This document shows positions 49,441-61,200 of a stretch of 64,000 bases of DNA, one piece after another (position 1 is the first letter of the stretch; every line of letters starts with the position of its first letter). This DNA is from Squalus acanthias. Taxonomy: Eukaryota. The position numbers were made by a program, and so were the translations under genes. Location of the stretch: the NCBI GenBank assembly GCA_030390025.1, contig CM059431.1, forward strand, positions 139,998,001 through 140,062,000, in the 5' to 3' direction. The notes under the pieces are model-generated. The model worked only from the letters and a program-made list of their open reading frames with translations. It was not told the DNA's origin and made no database searches.

Positions 49441-51159
49441 AGGTAATGAATCCGGGAATTTCCGATAATCCTCCCTCTGTGTGTGAGGCCACGCTCGGGG
49501 AGGGAACTTCTGTAACCTCAGCAAAAACGGTCGAGGAAGCTACACCTGAAATATTTGTAGACTCTGATTAATGGGAAATAAAGCGAGAGACTCCCCTCTC
49601 CCATAAATTAGTTATGCAGGAACGGTGCAGAATAAAATTTCATTTTTTTCAAACCAACCCATTGGGAAGGATTTTACAGCAGCAGTCATCGCTGTTTCCA
49701 ATTCTCTTTTGCAATTTACAATTCAATCTGCCCCAACTATACTTTCAGGTATTGCCGGCCCGATAACAACAACTCGCTGTGCAAACAATTGTTTCCTCAT
49801 GTCGCGTCTGGTTCTTTTGTCAATTACCTTGACATTCGCAGAAGTGTTTGAACAGGGCGGGTCAATATGATTGGAGCTATTTGCTTGTGTGGCGGATAAA
49901 GAAAGACATTGACTGTTTGGGTGGAATGGATTGTTTCCGTGTTATAATATCGATGTATTTCTGTGTACATTGAGGTCTCTCGGTTTAGCATTAGTATTAG
50001 GATCCTGGAAAATGATTGGGGATCTCAGGGTGTTAGAGCAGTGGGGCCAGACCTGGGATCAGGGAGCACTGGGGATGAGGACTAAAGGTTTGTGAACAGA
50101 GTTAGGTAGTTGGGGCAAATATGAAAAGTGGCTGTCTGGGATCCAGAAATTCGAACAACTCAGAATGTACATGTGTCTTTGAAAGGTTTATTCATGTATT
50201 CCGAGGTTAAAATATATTAATGTAAACCCAGGTTTTTGAGACATGCTGAGGCTTTGAAGTTTATCCTTCATGCAAGGCAATAAAATAAATATTAAAAACA
50301 ATGCAATCATTAGATTTAATGCTGTTGATGCTGAAATGACGTTTTTATTTTTTATTTTGAATCTTATTTTGAAGATCAGACATTTCAGATACTGAAAAAA
50401 GGCAGGCATTATTTTTAAGAGCTTTTGATTAATTTGATTGGTTCATCAAAAGATTCGTTCCTGTGCCGGCTCTGTGAAAGAGCCTCCATTTAGTCCCACT
50501 CCTCTGCTCCTTCCCCAAAGCCCTGCACATTTTCCCCTTCAAGTATTCATTCAACTCCCTTTTCAAAGTTACTGTTGAAACTGCTTCTACCACCCTTTCA
50601 AAGCACTGCATTCTAGATCATAGCAACTCGCTGCGAGAGACAAATTCACCTCATCTTCCCTCTGATTCAATCGCTAATTATCTTAAAAATATAATTTTTT
50701 ACATATCTTGATATTATATTATTATTTGTGGTCAGAAATCCAGGTAAATTGCAGTTTGAGAAGCGGAGATGTGGATTTGGCTTCTCTGTGGTACAGGCGG
50801 AGGAGCTGGGATGTTCAAACTGAGGCACTACAGCAACACCACTGGAAGGAGCGTGCAATTACATCATGGCCTGTTCATACAGGAGGTATCCTTAATAAAT
50901 GTGAAGAGAATGAAGGAAATGAATAGAGATGCACAAATTCCAATAAAGGACAGATAAACCTCACACCTTACCGGATCTCCCAGAATCATCCTAAAGCACT
51001 TGACACAGATTATTTTGGAGGGGCAGTGAGTATTATGCCTGCACACCACCAGCAGCAGTTATGTTATCAGGTATGGGTGTAATGATGCAGTACAATAAAG
51101 GGATTTGTGCAAGTGACATTTGGCGGGGCAAATGACAAGCCTCTTCACGATGGCCTCCT

Positions 51160-52092
51160 TCACGTATCTCCAGGGCAGTCCTCAGTTGTCGCATCTGTCA
51201 GTGCTTTCCAGTAGCTCAGCATCTCGGAGGGTTTCACCCCGTGAGAGGTCACGAGTTTCCGAAAGTCGCAAATAGAAAACGGGACCTTTGAATTGTAGAA
51301 TGCTTGCCGCGAGTGGATTTCCACCGGCGCTATCTTCAACTTAGCCACGCAAAGAGCGACGAAAACGTCCTCGAGTTTCAATCTGGGGACGGTATTCGAA
51401 ACGGTCCAAACTCGGCAGGCGACATCGGTCGACAGCACGTACCCAGTGCCAGAGCAGAATGGCGGATACGTTTCCACAGGGTATTCCTGTTCACTCACGT
51501 ACCATTTACTAGATTTGTCCCTGTTGGGTCTTGCATTTCTCTGTATGTAGCCGGTGAAGATATTCCTGCGAGTGGTACGTGACAGGAGGAGCTTTCTCAG
51601 ATAATCAGCGTTGACAAACATGTCTGAATCGGTTTTCATCACAAAGGAGGCGGATGGACAAAATCGGCTCACCCATTCCAGGCCCATCAGCACCTTGGTG
51701 GTCAGGTTGTAATAAGTGTCGCTGAACTCTTTCTGTATGATGTCTTTGTGCAGTAAACCTTCCTCCAGCAGATGCTTCTGATGCTCCCGGCTGTACCCGA
51801 GCAGGAAGTAGGTCACTACCCTCTTGCCATGTGATGTCCGCTCTCTGCCCCAGGTCTGGCGAATGGCTGAGCGAGCTTCGAACTGATCCTGGGCACTGGT
51901 GACAAGAAGGATCAGGAATGGGGGACTGACGTCACACCTGCTGTCGGGTCGCATTAAGAAGGAGCCGTCATTTAAATCTGGGTAATGCGAATAGTCAGAA
52001 ATGTTGCGGCTTAAATATCCGAGTAATATATATATCAGCAAAAGGGTCACACAAACAAATGAACATTTGTAGTACGTCATTAGGAACACCAT
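51160..52092 (-). CDS. B3GALT5: Beta-1,3-galactosyltransferase 5-like (GT31), single coding exon, 310 aa
   Basis: N-terminal TM anchor; R.AIRQTWG, DTYYNLT.K, FVMKTDSDMFVN (DxD), YPPFCSGTGYV, LEDVF motifs; intact ORF; splice acceptor TTTCTTTTGTTTTACAG at ~52128. Exact paralog assignment is less certain than the family. Confidence 0.88.
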   Translation of the reverse strand: MVFLMTYYKCSFVCVTLLLIYILLGYLSRNISDYSHYPDLNDGSFLMRPDSRCDVSPPFLILLVTSAQDQFEARSAIRQTWGRERTSHGKRVVTYFLLGYSREHQKHLLEEGLLHKDIIQKEFSDTYYNLTTKVLMGLEWVSRFCPSASFVMKTDSDMFVNADYLRKLLLSRTTRRNIFTGYIQRNARPNRDKSSKWYVSEQEYPVETYPPFCSGTGYVLSTDVACRVWTVSNTVPRLKLEDVFVALCVAKLKIAPVEIHSRQAFYNSKVPFSICDFRKLVTSHGVKPSEMLSYWKALTDATTEDCPGDT

Positions 52093-52239
52093 ATTGCACC
52101 AGAAAATATCCTAATGTTTTAAATCAGCTGTAAAACAAAAGAAACAATTTGATTTTGGTAGATTCCGGGTAATTCAAGGGGAAAACTTTCCAGTTTAAGA
52201 ATATTTGGCTCGATTAGTAACATAAAGGTCTGATGGTAG

Positions 52240-55200
52240 AAACAGTGGATGTCCAAAGTTAGAAAGAGTGGTGTACCAATGCTAAAAACAGTGGAGGTCC
52301 AATGCTAAAAACACTGGAGGTGCAAAGCTAGCAACAATAGAGGTTCATAGCAATAAACCGTGGCGATCCAAAGTGAGAAAAAGTGGAGGTCCAAAGTTAG
52401 AAAGAGTGAAGGTCCAAAGCTAGAAAGAGTGAAGGTCCAAAGCTAGAAACTGTGAAGGTCCAAAGCTAGAAAGAGTGACGGTCCAAAGCTTGAAACAGTG
52501 AAGGTCCAAAGCTGGAAAGAGTGGAGTCCAAGCTAGAAACTGCGAAGGTACAAAGCTAGAAAGAGTGGAGGTCCAAAGCTAGAAAGAGTGGAGTTCCAAA
52601 CCTAGAAACTGTGAAGGTCCAAAGCTAGAAACTGTGAAGTTCCAAAGCTAGAAACTGTGAAGGTCCAAAGCTAGAAAGAGTGGAGGTCCAAAGCTAGAAA
52701 TTGTGAAGGTCCAAATCTAGAAACAGTGGAGGACCAAAGCTAGAATCTGTGAAGGTCCAAAGCGAGAAACTGTGAAGGTCCAAAGCTAGAAAGAGTGGAG
52801 GTTCAAAGCTAGAAACAGTGGAGGTCCAAAGCTAGAAAGAGTGAAGGTCCAAAGCTAGAAACAGTGGAGGTCCAAAGCTAGAAACAGTGAAGGTCCAAAG
52901 CTAGAAACAGTGAAGGTCCAAAGCTAGAAACAGTGGAGTTCCAAAGCTAGAAACAGTGAAGGTCCAAAGCCAGAAACAGTGGAGGTCCAAAGCTAGAAAC
53001 AGTGGAGGTCCAAAGCTAGAAACTTTGGTGTCCAAAGCTAGAAACAGTGGAGGTCCAAAGCTAGAAAGAGTAAAGGTCCAAAGCTAGAAACAGTGGAGGT
53101 CCGAAGCTAGAAACAGTGGAGGTCCAAAGCTAGAAACTGTGAAGGTCCAAAGCTAGAAACATTGAAGGTCCAAAGGTAGAAAGAGTGAAGGTCCAAAGCT
53201 AGAAACAGTGGGGTTCCAAAGCAAGAAACAGTGAAGGTCCAAATCTAGAAAATGTGAAGGTCCAAAGCTAGAAACAGTGAAGGTCCAAATCTAGAAACAG
53301 TGGACGTCCAAAGCTAGAAACTGTGAAGATCCAAAGCTAGAAACAGTGAAGGTCCAAAGCTAGAAAGAGTGGAGGTCAAAAACTAGAAACTGTGAAGGTC
53401 CAAAGCTAGAAACTGTGAAGGTCCAAAGCTAGAAACAATGAAGGTCCAAAGCTAGAAACAGTGCAGGTCCAAAGCTAGAAACAGTGACGGTTCAAAGATA
53501 GAAACTGTTAAGGTCCAACGCTAGAAACAGTGGTGGTCCAAAGCTAGAAATAGTGGAGGTCCAAAGCTAGAAACAGTGGAGGTCCAAAGCTAGAAACTGT
53601 GATGATCCAAAGCTAGAAACTGTGAAGGACCAAAGCTAGAAACAGTGGAGGTTCAAAGCTAGAAACTGTGAAGGTCCAAAGCTAGAAACAGTGAATATCC
53701 AAAGCTAGAAACAGTGAAGGTCCAAAGCTAGATAGAGTGAAGATCCAAAGCTGGAAAGAGAAGACATCCAAAGCTAAAAACAGTGGAGGTCCAAAGGTAG
53801 AAAGAGTGAAGGTCCAAAGCTAGAAAGAGTGAAGGTCCAAAGCTAGAAACAGTGGAGATCCAAAGCTAGAAAGCGTGAATGTCCAATGCGAGAAAAAGTG
53901 GAGATCCAATGCTAGAAACAGTGCAGGTCCAAAGCTAGAAACCGTGGAGAACCTAAGCAAAAAGATTGAATGTCCAAAGCTAGAAAGAGTGTAGATCCAA
54001 AGCTAGAAACAGTGGCGATCCAAAGCTAGAAACAGTGATGGTCCAAATCTAGCAATAGAGGAGGTCCAAAGCTAGAAAGACTGAAGTCCAAAGCTAGAAA
54101 CAGTGGAGATCCAAAGCTAGAAACAGTGGAGATCCAAAGCTAGAAACAGTAATGGACATCAGCTAGAAACAGTGTAGCTCGAAAGCTAGAAACAGTGGAG
54201 GTCCAAAGCTAGAAACAGTGAAGGTCCAATGCTAGAAACAGTGGAGGTCCACAGTTAGATACAGTGGAGATACAAAGCTGGAAACAGTGAAGGTCCAAAG
54301 CTAGAAGCAGTGGAGCTCCAAAGCTAGAAACAGTGGAGATACAAAGCTGGAAACAGTGAAGGTCCAAACCTAGAAAAAGTGGAGGTCCAAAGCTAGAAAC
54401 TGTGAAGATCCAAAGCTAGAAACAGTGAAGAGCAAAAGCTAGAAACAGTGGAGGTCCAAAGCTAGAAACAGTGGAGGTCCAAAGCTAGAAACAGTGAAGG
54501 TCCAAAGCTAGAAACAGTGAAGGTTCAAAGCTAGAAACTGTGAAGGTCCAAAGCTAGAAACAGTGAAGATCCAAAGCTAGAAACAGTGGAGATACAAAGC
54601 TGGAAACAGTGAAGGTCCAAAACTAGAAACTGCGAAGGTCCAAAGCTAGAAACTGTGAAGGTCGAAAGCTAGAATCAATGAAGTTCCAAAGCTAGAAACA
54701 GTGGAGGTCCAAACCAAGAAACAGTGAAGATCCAAAGCTAGAAAGAGTGAAGGTCCAAAGTAAGAAACAGTGGAGATCCAAAGCTAGAAAGAGTTAATTT
54801 CCAATGCTAGAAAAAGTGGAGATCCAATGCTAGAAACAGTGGAGGTCGAAAGCTAGAAACAGTGGAGGTCCAAAGCTAGAAAGATTAAATGTCCAAAGCT
54901 AGAAAGAGTGCAGGTCCAAAGCTAGAAAAAGTGGAGATCCAAAGCAAGAAACAGTGAAGGTCCAATGCTAGAAACAGTGGAGGTCCAAAGCTAGAAAGGC
55001 TGAAGGTCCAAAGCTAGAAACAGTGAAGGTCCAAAGCTAGAAACTGTGAAGGTACAAAGCTAGAAACAGTGGAGATCCAAAGCTAGAAACAGTGAAGGTC
55101 CAAAGCTAGAAACTGTGAAGGTACAAAGCTAGAAACATTGGAGATTCAAAGCTAGAAACAGTGGAGATCGAAAGCTAGAAACAGTGGAGTTCCAAAGCTA

Positions 55201-58200
55201 GAAACAGTGAAGGTCCAATGCTAGAAACAGTGGAGGTCCAAAGTTAGAAACAGTGGAGATACAAAGCTGGAAACAGTGAAGGTCGAAAGCTAGAAACAGT
55301 GGAGCTCCAAAGCTAGAAACAGTGGAGATACAAAGCTGGATACAGTGAAGGTCCAAAGCTAGAAACAGTGGAAGTCCAAAGCTAGAAACAGTGTAGCTCC
55401 AAAGCTAGAAACAGTGGAGGTCCAAAGCTAGAAACAGTGGAGATACAAAGCTGGAAACAGTGAAGGTGCAAAGCTAGAAACAGTGGAGGTCCAAAGCTAG
55501 AAACAGTGAAGGTCCAAAGCTAGAAACAGTGAAGATCCAAAGCTAGAAACAGTGAAGAGCAAAAGCTAGAAACAGTGGAGGTCCAAAGCTAGAAACAGTG
55601 GAGGTCCAAAGCTAGAAAGAGTGAAGGTCCAAAGCTAGAAACAGTGGAGGTCCAAAGCTAGAAACAGTGAAGGTCCAAAGCTAGAAACAGTGAAGGTCCA
55701 AAGCTAGAAACAGTGGAGTTCCAAAGCTAGAAACAGTGAAGGTCCAAAGCCAGAAACAGTGGAGGTCCAAAGCTAGAAACAGTGGAGATCCAAAGCTAGA
55801 AACTTTGGTGTCCAAAGCTAGAAACAGTGGAGGTCCAAAGCTAGAAAGAGTAAAGGTCCAAAGCTAGAAACAGTGGAGGTCCGAAGCTAGAAACAGTGGA
55901 GGTCCAAAGCTAGAAACTGTGAAGGTCCAAAGCTAGAAACATTGAAGGTCCAAAGCTAGAAAGAGTGAAGGTCCAAAGCTAGAAACAGTGGGGTTCCAAA
56001 GCAAGAAACAGTGAAGGTCCAAATCTAGAAAATGTGAAGGTCCAAAGCTAGAAACAGTGAAGGTCCAAATCTAGAAACAGTGGACGTCCAAAGCTAGAAA
56101 CTGTGAAGATCCAAAGCTAGAAACAGTGAAGGTCCAAGCTAGAAAGAGTGGAGGTCAAAAACTAGAAACTGTGAAGGTCCAAAGCTAGAAACTGTGAAGG
56201 TCCAAAGCTAGAAACAATGAAGGTCCAAAGCTAGAAACAGTGCAGGTCCAAAGCTAGAAACAGTGACGGTTCCAAAGATAGAAACTGTGAAGGTCCAACG
56301 CTAGAAACAGTGGAGGTCCAAAGCTAGAAAGAGTGGAGGTCCAAAGCTAGAAACAGTGGAGGTCCAAAGCTAGAAACTGTGGATGATCCAAAGCTAGAAA
56401 CTGTGAAGGACCAAAGCTAGAAACAGTGGAGGTTCAAAGCTAGAAACTGTGAAGGTCCAAAGCTAGAAACAGTGAATATCCAAAGCTAGAAACAGTGAAG
56501 GTCCAAAGCTAGATAGAGTGAAGATCCAAAGCTGGAAAGAGAAGACATCCAAAGCTAAAAACAGTGGAGGTCCAAAGGTAGAAAGAGTGAAGGTCCAAAG
56601 CTAGAAAGAGTGAAGGTCCAAAGCTAGAAACAGTGGAGATCCAAAGCTAGAAACAGTAAAGAGCAAAAGCTAGAAACAGCGGAGATCCAAAGCTAGAAAC
56701 AGTGGAGATCCAAAGCTAGAAACAGTAATGGACATCAGCTAGAAACAGTGTAGCTCGAAAGCTAGAAACAGTGGAGGTCCAAAGCTAGAAACAGTGAAGG
56801 TCCAATGCTAGAAACAGTGGAGGTCCACAGTTAGATACAGTGGAGATACAAAGCTGGAAACAGTGAAGGTCCAAAGCTAGAAGCAGTGGAGCTCCAAAGC
56901 TAGAAACAGTGGAGATACAAAGCTGGAAACAGTGAAGGTCCAAACCTAGAATAAGTGGAGGTCCAAAGCTAGAAACTGTGAAGATCCAAAGCTAGAAACA
57001 GTGAAGAGCAAAAGCTAGAAACAGTGGAGGTCCAAAGCTAGAAACAGTGGAGGTCCAAAGCTAGAAACAGTGAAGGTCCAAAGCTAGAAACAGTGAAGGT
57101 TCAAAGCTAGAAACTGTGAAGGTCCAAAGCTAGAAACAGTGAAGATCCAAAGCTAGAAACAGTGGAGATACAAAGCTGGAAACAGTGAAGGTCCAAAACT
57201 AGAAACTGCGAAGGTCCAAAGCTAGAAACTGTGAAGGTCGAAAGCTAGAATCAATGAAGTTCCAAAGCTAGAAACAGTGGAGGTCCAAACCTAGAAACAG
57301 TGAAGATCCAAAGCTAGAAAGAGTGAAGGTCCAAAGCTAGAAACAGTGGAGATCCAAAGCTAGAAAGAGTTAATGTCCAATGCTAGAAAAAGTGGAGATC
57401 CAATGCTAGAAACAGTGGAGGTCGAAAGCTAGAAACAGTGGAGGTCCAAAGCTAGAAAGATTAAATGTCCAAAGCTAGAAAGAGTGCAGGTCCAAAGCTA
57501 GAAAAAGTGGAGATCCAAAGCAAGAAACAGTGAAGGTCCAATGCTAGAAACAGTGGAGGTCCAAAGCTAGAAAGGCTGAAGGTCCAAAGCTAGAAACAGT
57601 GAAGGTCCAAAGCTAGAAACTGTGAAGGTACAAAGCTAGAAACAGTGGAGATCCAAAGCTAGAAACAGTGAAGGTCCAAAGCTAGAAACTGTGAAGGTAC
57701 AAAGCTAGAAACATTGGAGATTCAAAGCTAGAAACAGTGGAGATCGAAAGCTAGAAACAGTGGAGTTCCAAAGCTAGAAACAGTGAAGGTCCAATGCTAG
57801 AAACAGTGGAGGTCCAAAGTTAGAAACAGTGGAGATACAAAGCTGGAAACAGTGAAGGTCGAAAGCTAGAAACAGTGGAGCTCCAAAGCTAGAAACAGTG
57901 GAGATACAAAGCTGGATACAGTGAAGGTCCAAAGCTAGAAACAGTGGAAGTCCAAAGCTAGAAACAGTGTAGCTCCAAAGCTAGAAACAGTGGAGGTCCA
58001 AAGCTAGAAACAGTGGAGATACAAAGCTGGAAACAGTGAAGGTGCAAAGCTAGAAACAGTGGAGGTCCAAAGCTAGAAACAGTGAAGGTCCAAAGCTAGA
58101 AACAGTGAAGGTCCAAAGCTAGAAACGGTGGAGATACAAAGCTGGAAACAGTGAAGGTCCAAAGCTAGAAACAGTGGAGCTCCAAAGCTAGAAACAGTGG

Positions 58201-61200
58201 AGGTCCAAAACTAGAAACTGTGAAGGTCCAAAGCTAGAAACAGTGAAGGTCCAAAGATAGAAACTGTGAAGGTCCAAAGCTAGAAACAGTGGAGATCCAA
58301 AGCTAGAAACAGTGGAGATCCAAAGCTAGCAACAGTAATGGACATAAGCTAGAAACAGTGTAGCTCGAAAGCTAGAAACAGTGGAGGTCCAAAGCTAGAA
58401 ACAGTGAAGGTCCAATGCTAGAAACAGTGAAGGTCCACAGTTAGATACAGTGGAGATACAAAGCTGGAAACAGTGAAGGTCCAAAGCTAGAAGCAGTGGA
58501 GCTCCAAAGCTAGAAACAGTGGAGATACAAAGCTGGAAACAGTGAAGGTCCAAACCTAGAAAAAGTGGAGGTCCAAAGCTAGATCTGTGAAGATCCAAAG
58601 CTAGAAACAGTGAAGAGCAAAAGCTAGAAACAGTGGAGGTCCAAAGCTAGAAACTGTGGAAGGTCCAAAGCTAGAAACTGTGAAGGTCCAAAGCTAGATA
58701 CTGTGAAGGTCCAAAGCTAGAAACAGTGAAGGTTCAAAGCTAGAAACTGTGAAGGTCCAAAGCTAGAAACAGTGAAGATCCAAAGCTAGAAACAGTGGAG
58801 ATACAAAGCTGGAAACAGTGAAGGTCCAAAACTAGAAACTGCGAAGGTCCAAAGCTAGAAACTGTGAAGGTCGAAAGCTAGAATCAATGAAGTTCCAAAG
58901 CGAGAAGCAGTGGAGCTCCAAAGCTAGAAACAGTGGAGATACAAAGCTGGAAACAGTGAAGGTCCAAACCTAGAAAAAGTGGAGGTCCAAAGCTAGATCT
59001 GTGAAGATCCAAAGCTAGAAACAGTGAAGAGCAAAAGCTAGAAACAGTGGAGGTCCAAAGCTAGAAACTGTGGAGGTCCAAAGCTAGAAACTGTGAAGGT
59101 CCAAAGCTAGATACTGTGAAGGTCCAAAGCTAGAAACAGTGAAGGTTCAAAGCTAGAAACTGTGAAGGTCCAAAGCTAGAAACAGTGAAGATCCAAAGCT
59201 AGAAACAGTGGAGATACAAAGCTGGAAACAGTGAAGGTCCAAAACTAGAAACTGCGAAGGTCCAAAGCTAGAAACTGTGAAGGTCGAAAGCTAGAATCAA
59301 TGAAGTTCCAAAGCTAGAAACAGTGGAGGTCCAAACCAAGAAACAGTGAAGATCCAAAGCTAGAAAGAGTGAAGGTCCAAAGTAAGAAACAGTGGAGATC
59401 CAAAGCTAGAAAGAGTTCATTTCCAATGCTAGAAAAAGTGGAGATCCAATGCTAGAAACAGTGGAGGTCGAAAGCTAGAAACAGTGGAGATCCAAAGCTA
59501 GAAAGATTAAATGTCCAAAGCTAGAAAGAGTGCAGGTCCAAAGCTAGAAAAAGTGGAGATCCAAAGCTAGAAACAGTGAAGGTCCAAAGCTAGAAACAGT
59601 GGAGGTCCAAAGCTAGAAAGGCTGAAGGTCCAAAGCTAGAAACAGTGAAGGTCCAAAGCTAGAAACTGTGAAGGTACAAAGCTAGAAACAGTGAAGGTCC
59701 AAAGCTAGAAACAGTGGAGCTCCAAAGCTAGAAACAGTGGAGATACAAAGCTGGAAACAGTGAAGGTCCAAAGCTAGAAACAGTGGAGGTCCAAAGCTAG
59801 AAACAGTGAAGGTCCAAAGCTAGAAACAGTGGAGGTCCAAAGCTAGAAACAGTGGAGATACAAAGCTAGAAACAGTGAAGGTCCAAAGCTAGAAACAGTG
59901 GAGGTCCAAAGCTAGAAACAGTGAAGGTCCAAAGCTAGAAACAGTGAAGGTCCAAAGCTAGAAACAGTGGAGATACAAAGCTAGAAACAGTGAAGGTCCA
60001 AAGCTAGAAACAGTGGAGCTCCAAAGCTAGAAACAGTGGAGGTCCAAAACTAGAAACTGTGAAGGTCCAAAGCTAGAAACAGTGAAGGTCCAAAGATAGA
60101 AACTGTGAAGGTCTAACGCTAGAAACAGTGGTGGTCCAAAGCTAGAAATAGTGGTGGTCCAAAGCTAGAAACAGTGGAGGTCCAAAGCTAGAAACTGTGA
60201 AGATCCAAAGCTAGAAACAGTGAAGGTCCAAAGCCAGAAACAGTGGAGGTCCAATTATAGAGACAGTGAAGGTCCAAAGCTAGAAACTGTGAAGGTCCAA
60301 AGCTAGAAACTGTGAAGGACCAAAGCTAGAAACAGTGGAGGTTCAAAGTTAGAAACTCGGAAGGTCCAAAGCTAGAAACAGTGAATATCCAAAGCTAAAA
60401 ACAGTGAAGGTCCAAAGCTAGATAGAGTGAAGATCCGAAGCTGGAAAGAGAGGACATCCAAAGCTAGAAACAGTGGAGGTCCAAAGGTAGAAACAGTGAA
60501 GGTCCAAAGCTAGAAAGAGTGAAGATCCAAAGCTAGAAACAGTGGAGATCCAAAGCTAGAAAGAGTGAATGTCCAATGCTAGAAAAAGTGGAGATCCAAT
60601 GCTAGAAACAGTGCAGGTCCAAAGCTAGAAACAGTGGAGATCCAAAGCAAAAAGATTAAATGTCCAAAGCTAGAAAGAGTGTAGATCCAAAACTAGAAAC
60701 AGTGATGGTCCAAATCTAGCAAAAGCGGAGGTCCAAAGCTAGAAAGACTGAAGGTCCAAAACTAGAAACAGTGGAGATCCAATCTAGAAACAGTGGAGAT
60801 ACAAAGCTAGAAACAGTAGTAGACATAAGCTAGAAACAGTGGAGCTCCAAAGCTAGAAACAGTGGAGGCCCAAAGCTAGAAACAGTGAAGGTCCAAAGCT
60901 AGAAGCAGTGGAGCTCCAAAGCTAGAAACAGTGGAGATACAAAGCTGGAAACAGTGAAGGTCCAAACCTAGAAAAAGTGGAGGTCCAAAGCTAGAAACTG
61001 TGAAGATCCAAAGCTAGAAACAGTGAAGAGCAAAAGCTAGAAACAGTGGAGGTCCAAAGCTAGAAACAGTGGAGGTCCAAAGCTAGAAACAGTGAAGGTC
61101 CAAAGCTAGAAACAGTGAAGGTTCAAAGCTAGAAACTGTGAAGGTACAAAGCTAGAAACAGTGGAGATCCAAAGCTAGAAACAGTGAAGGTCCAAAGCTA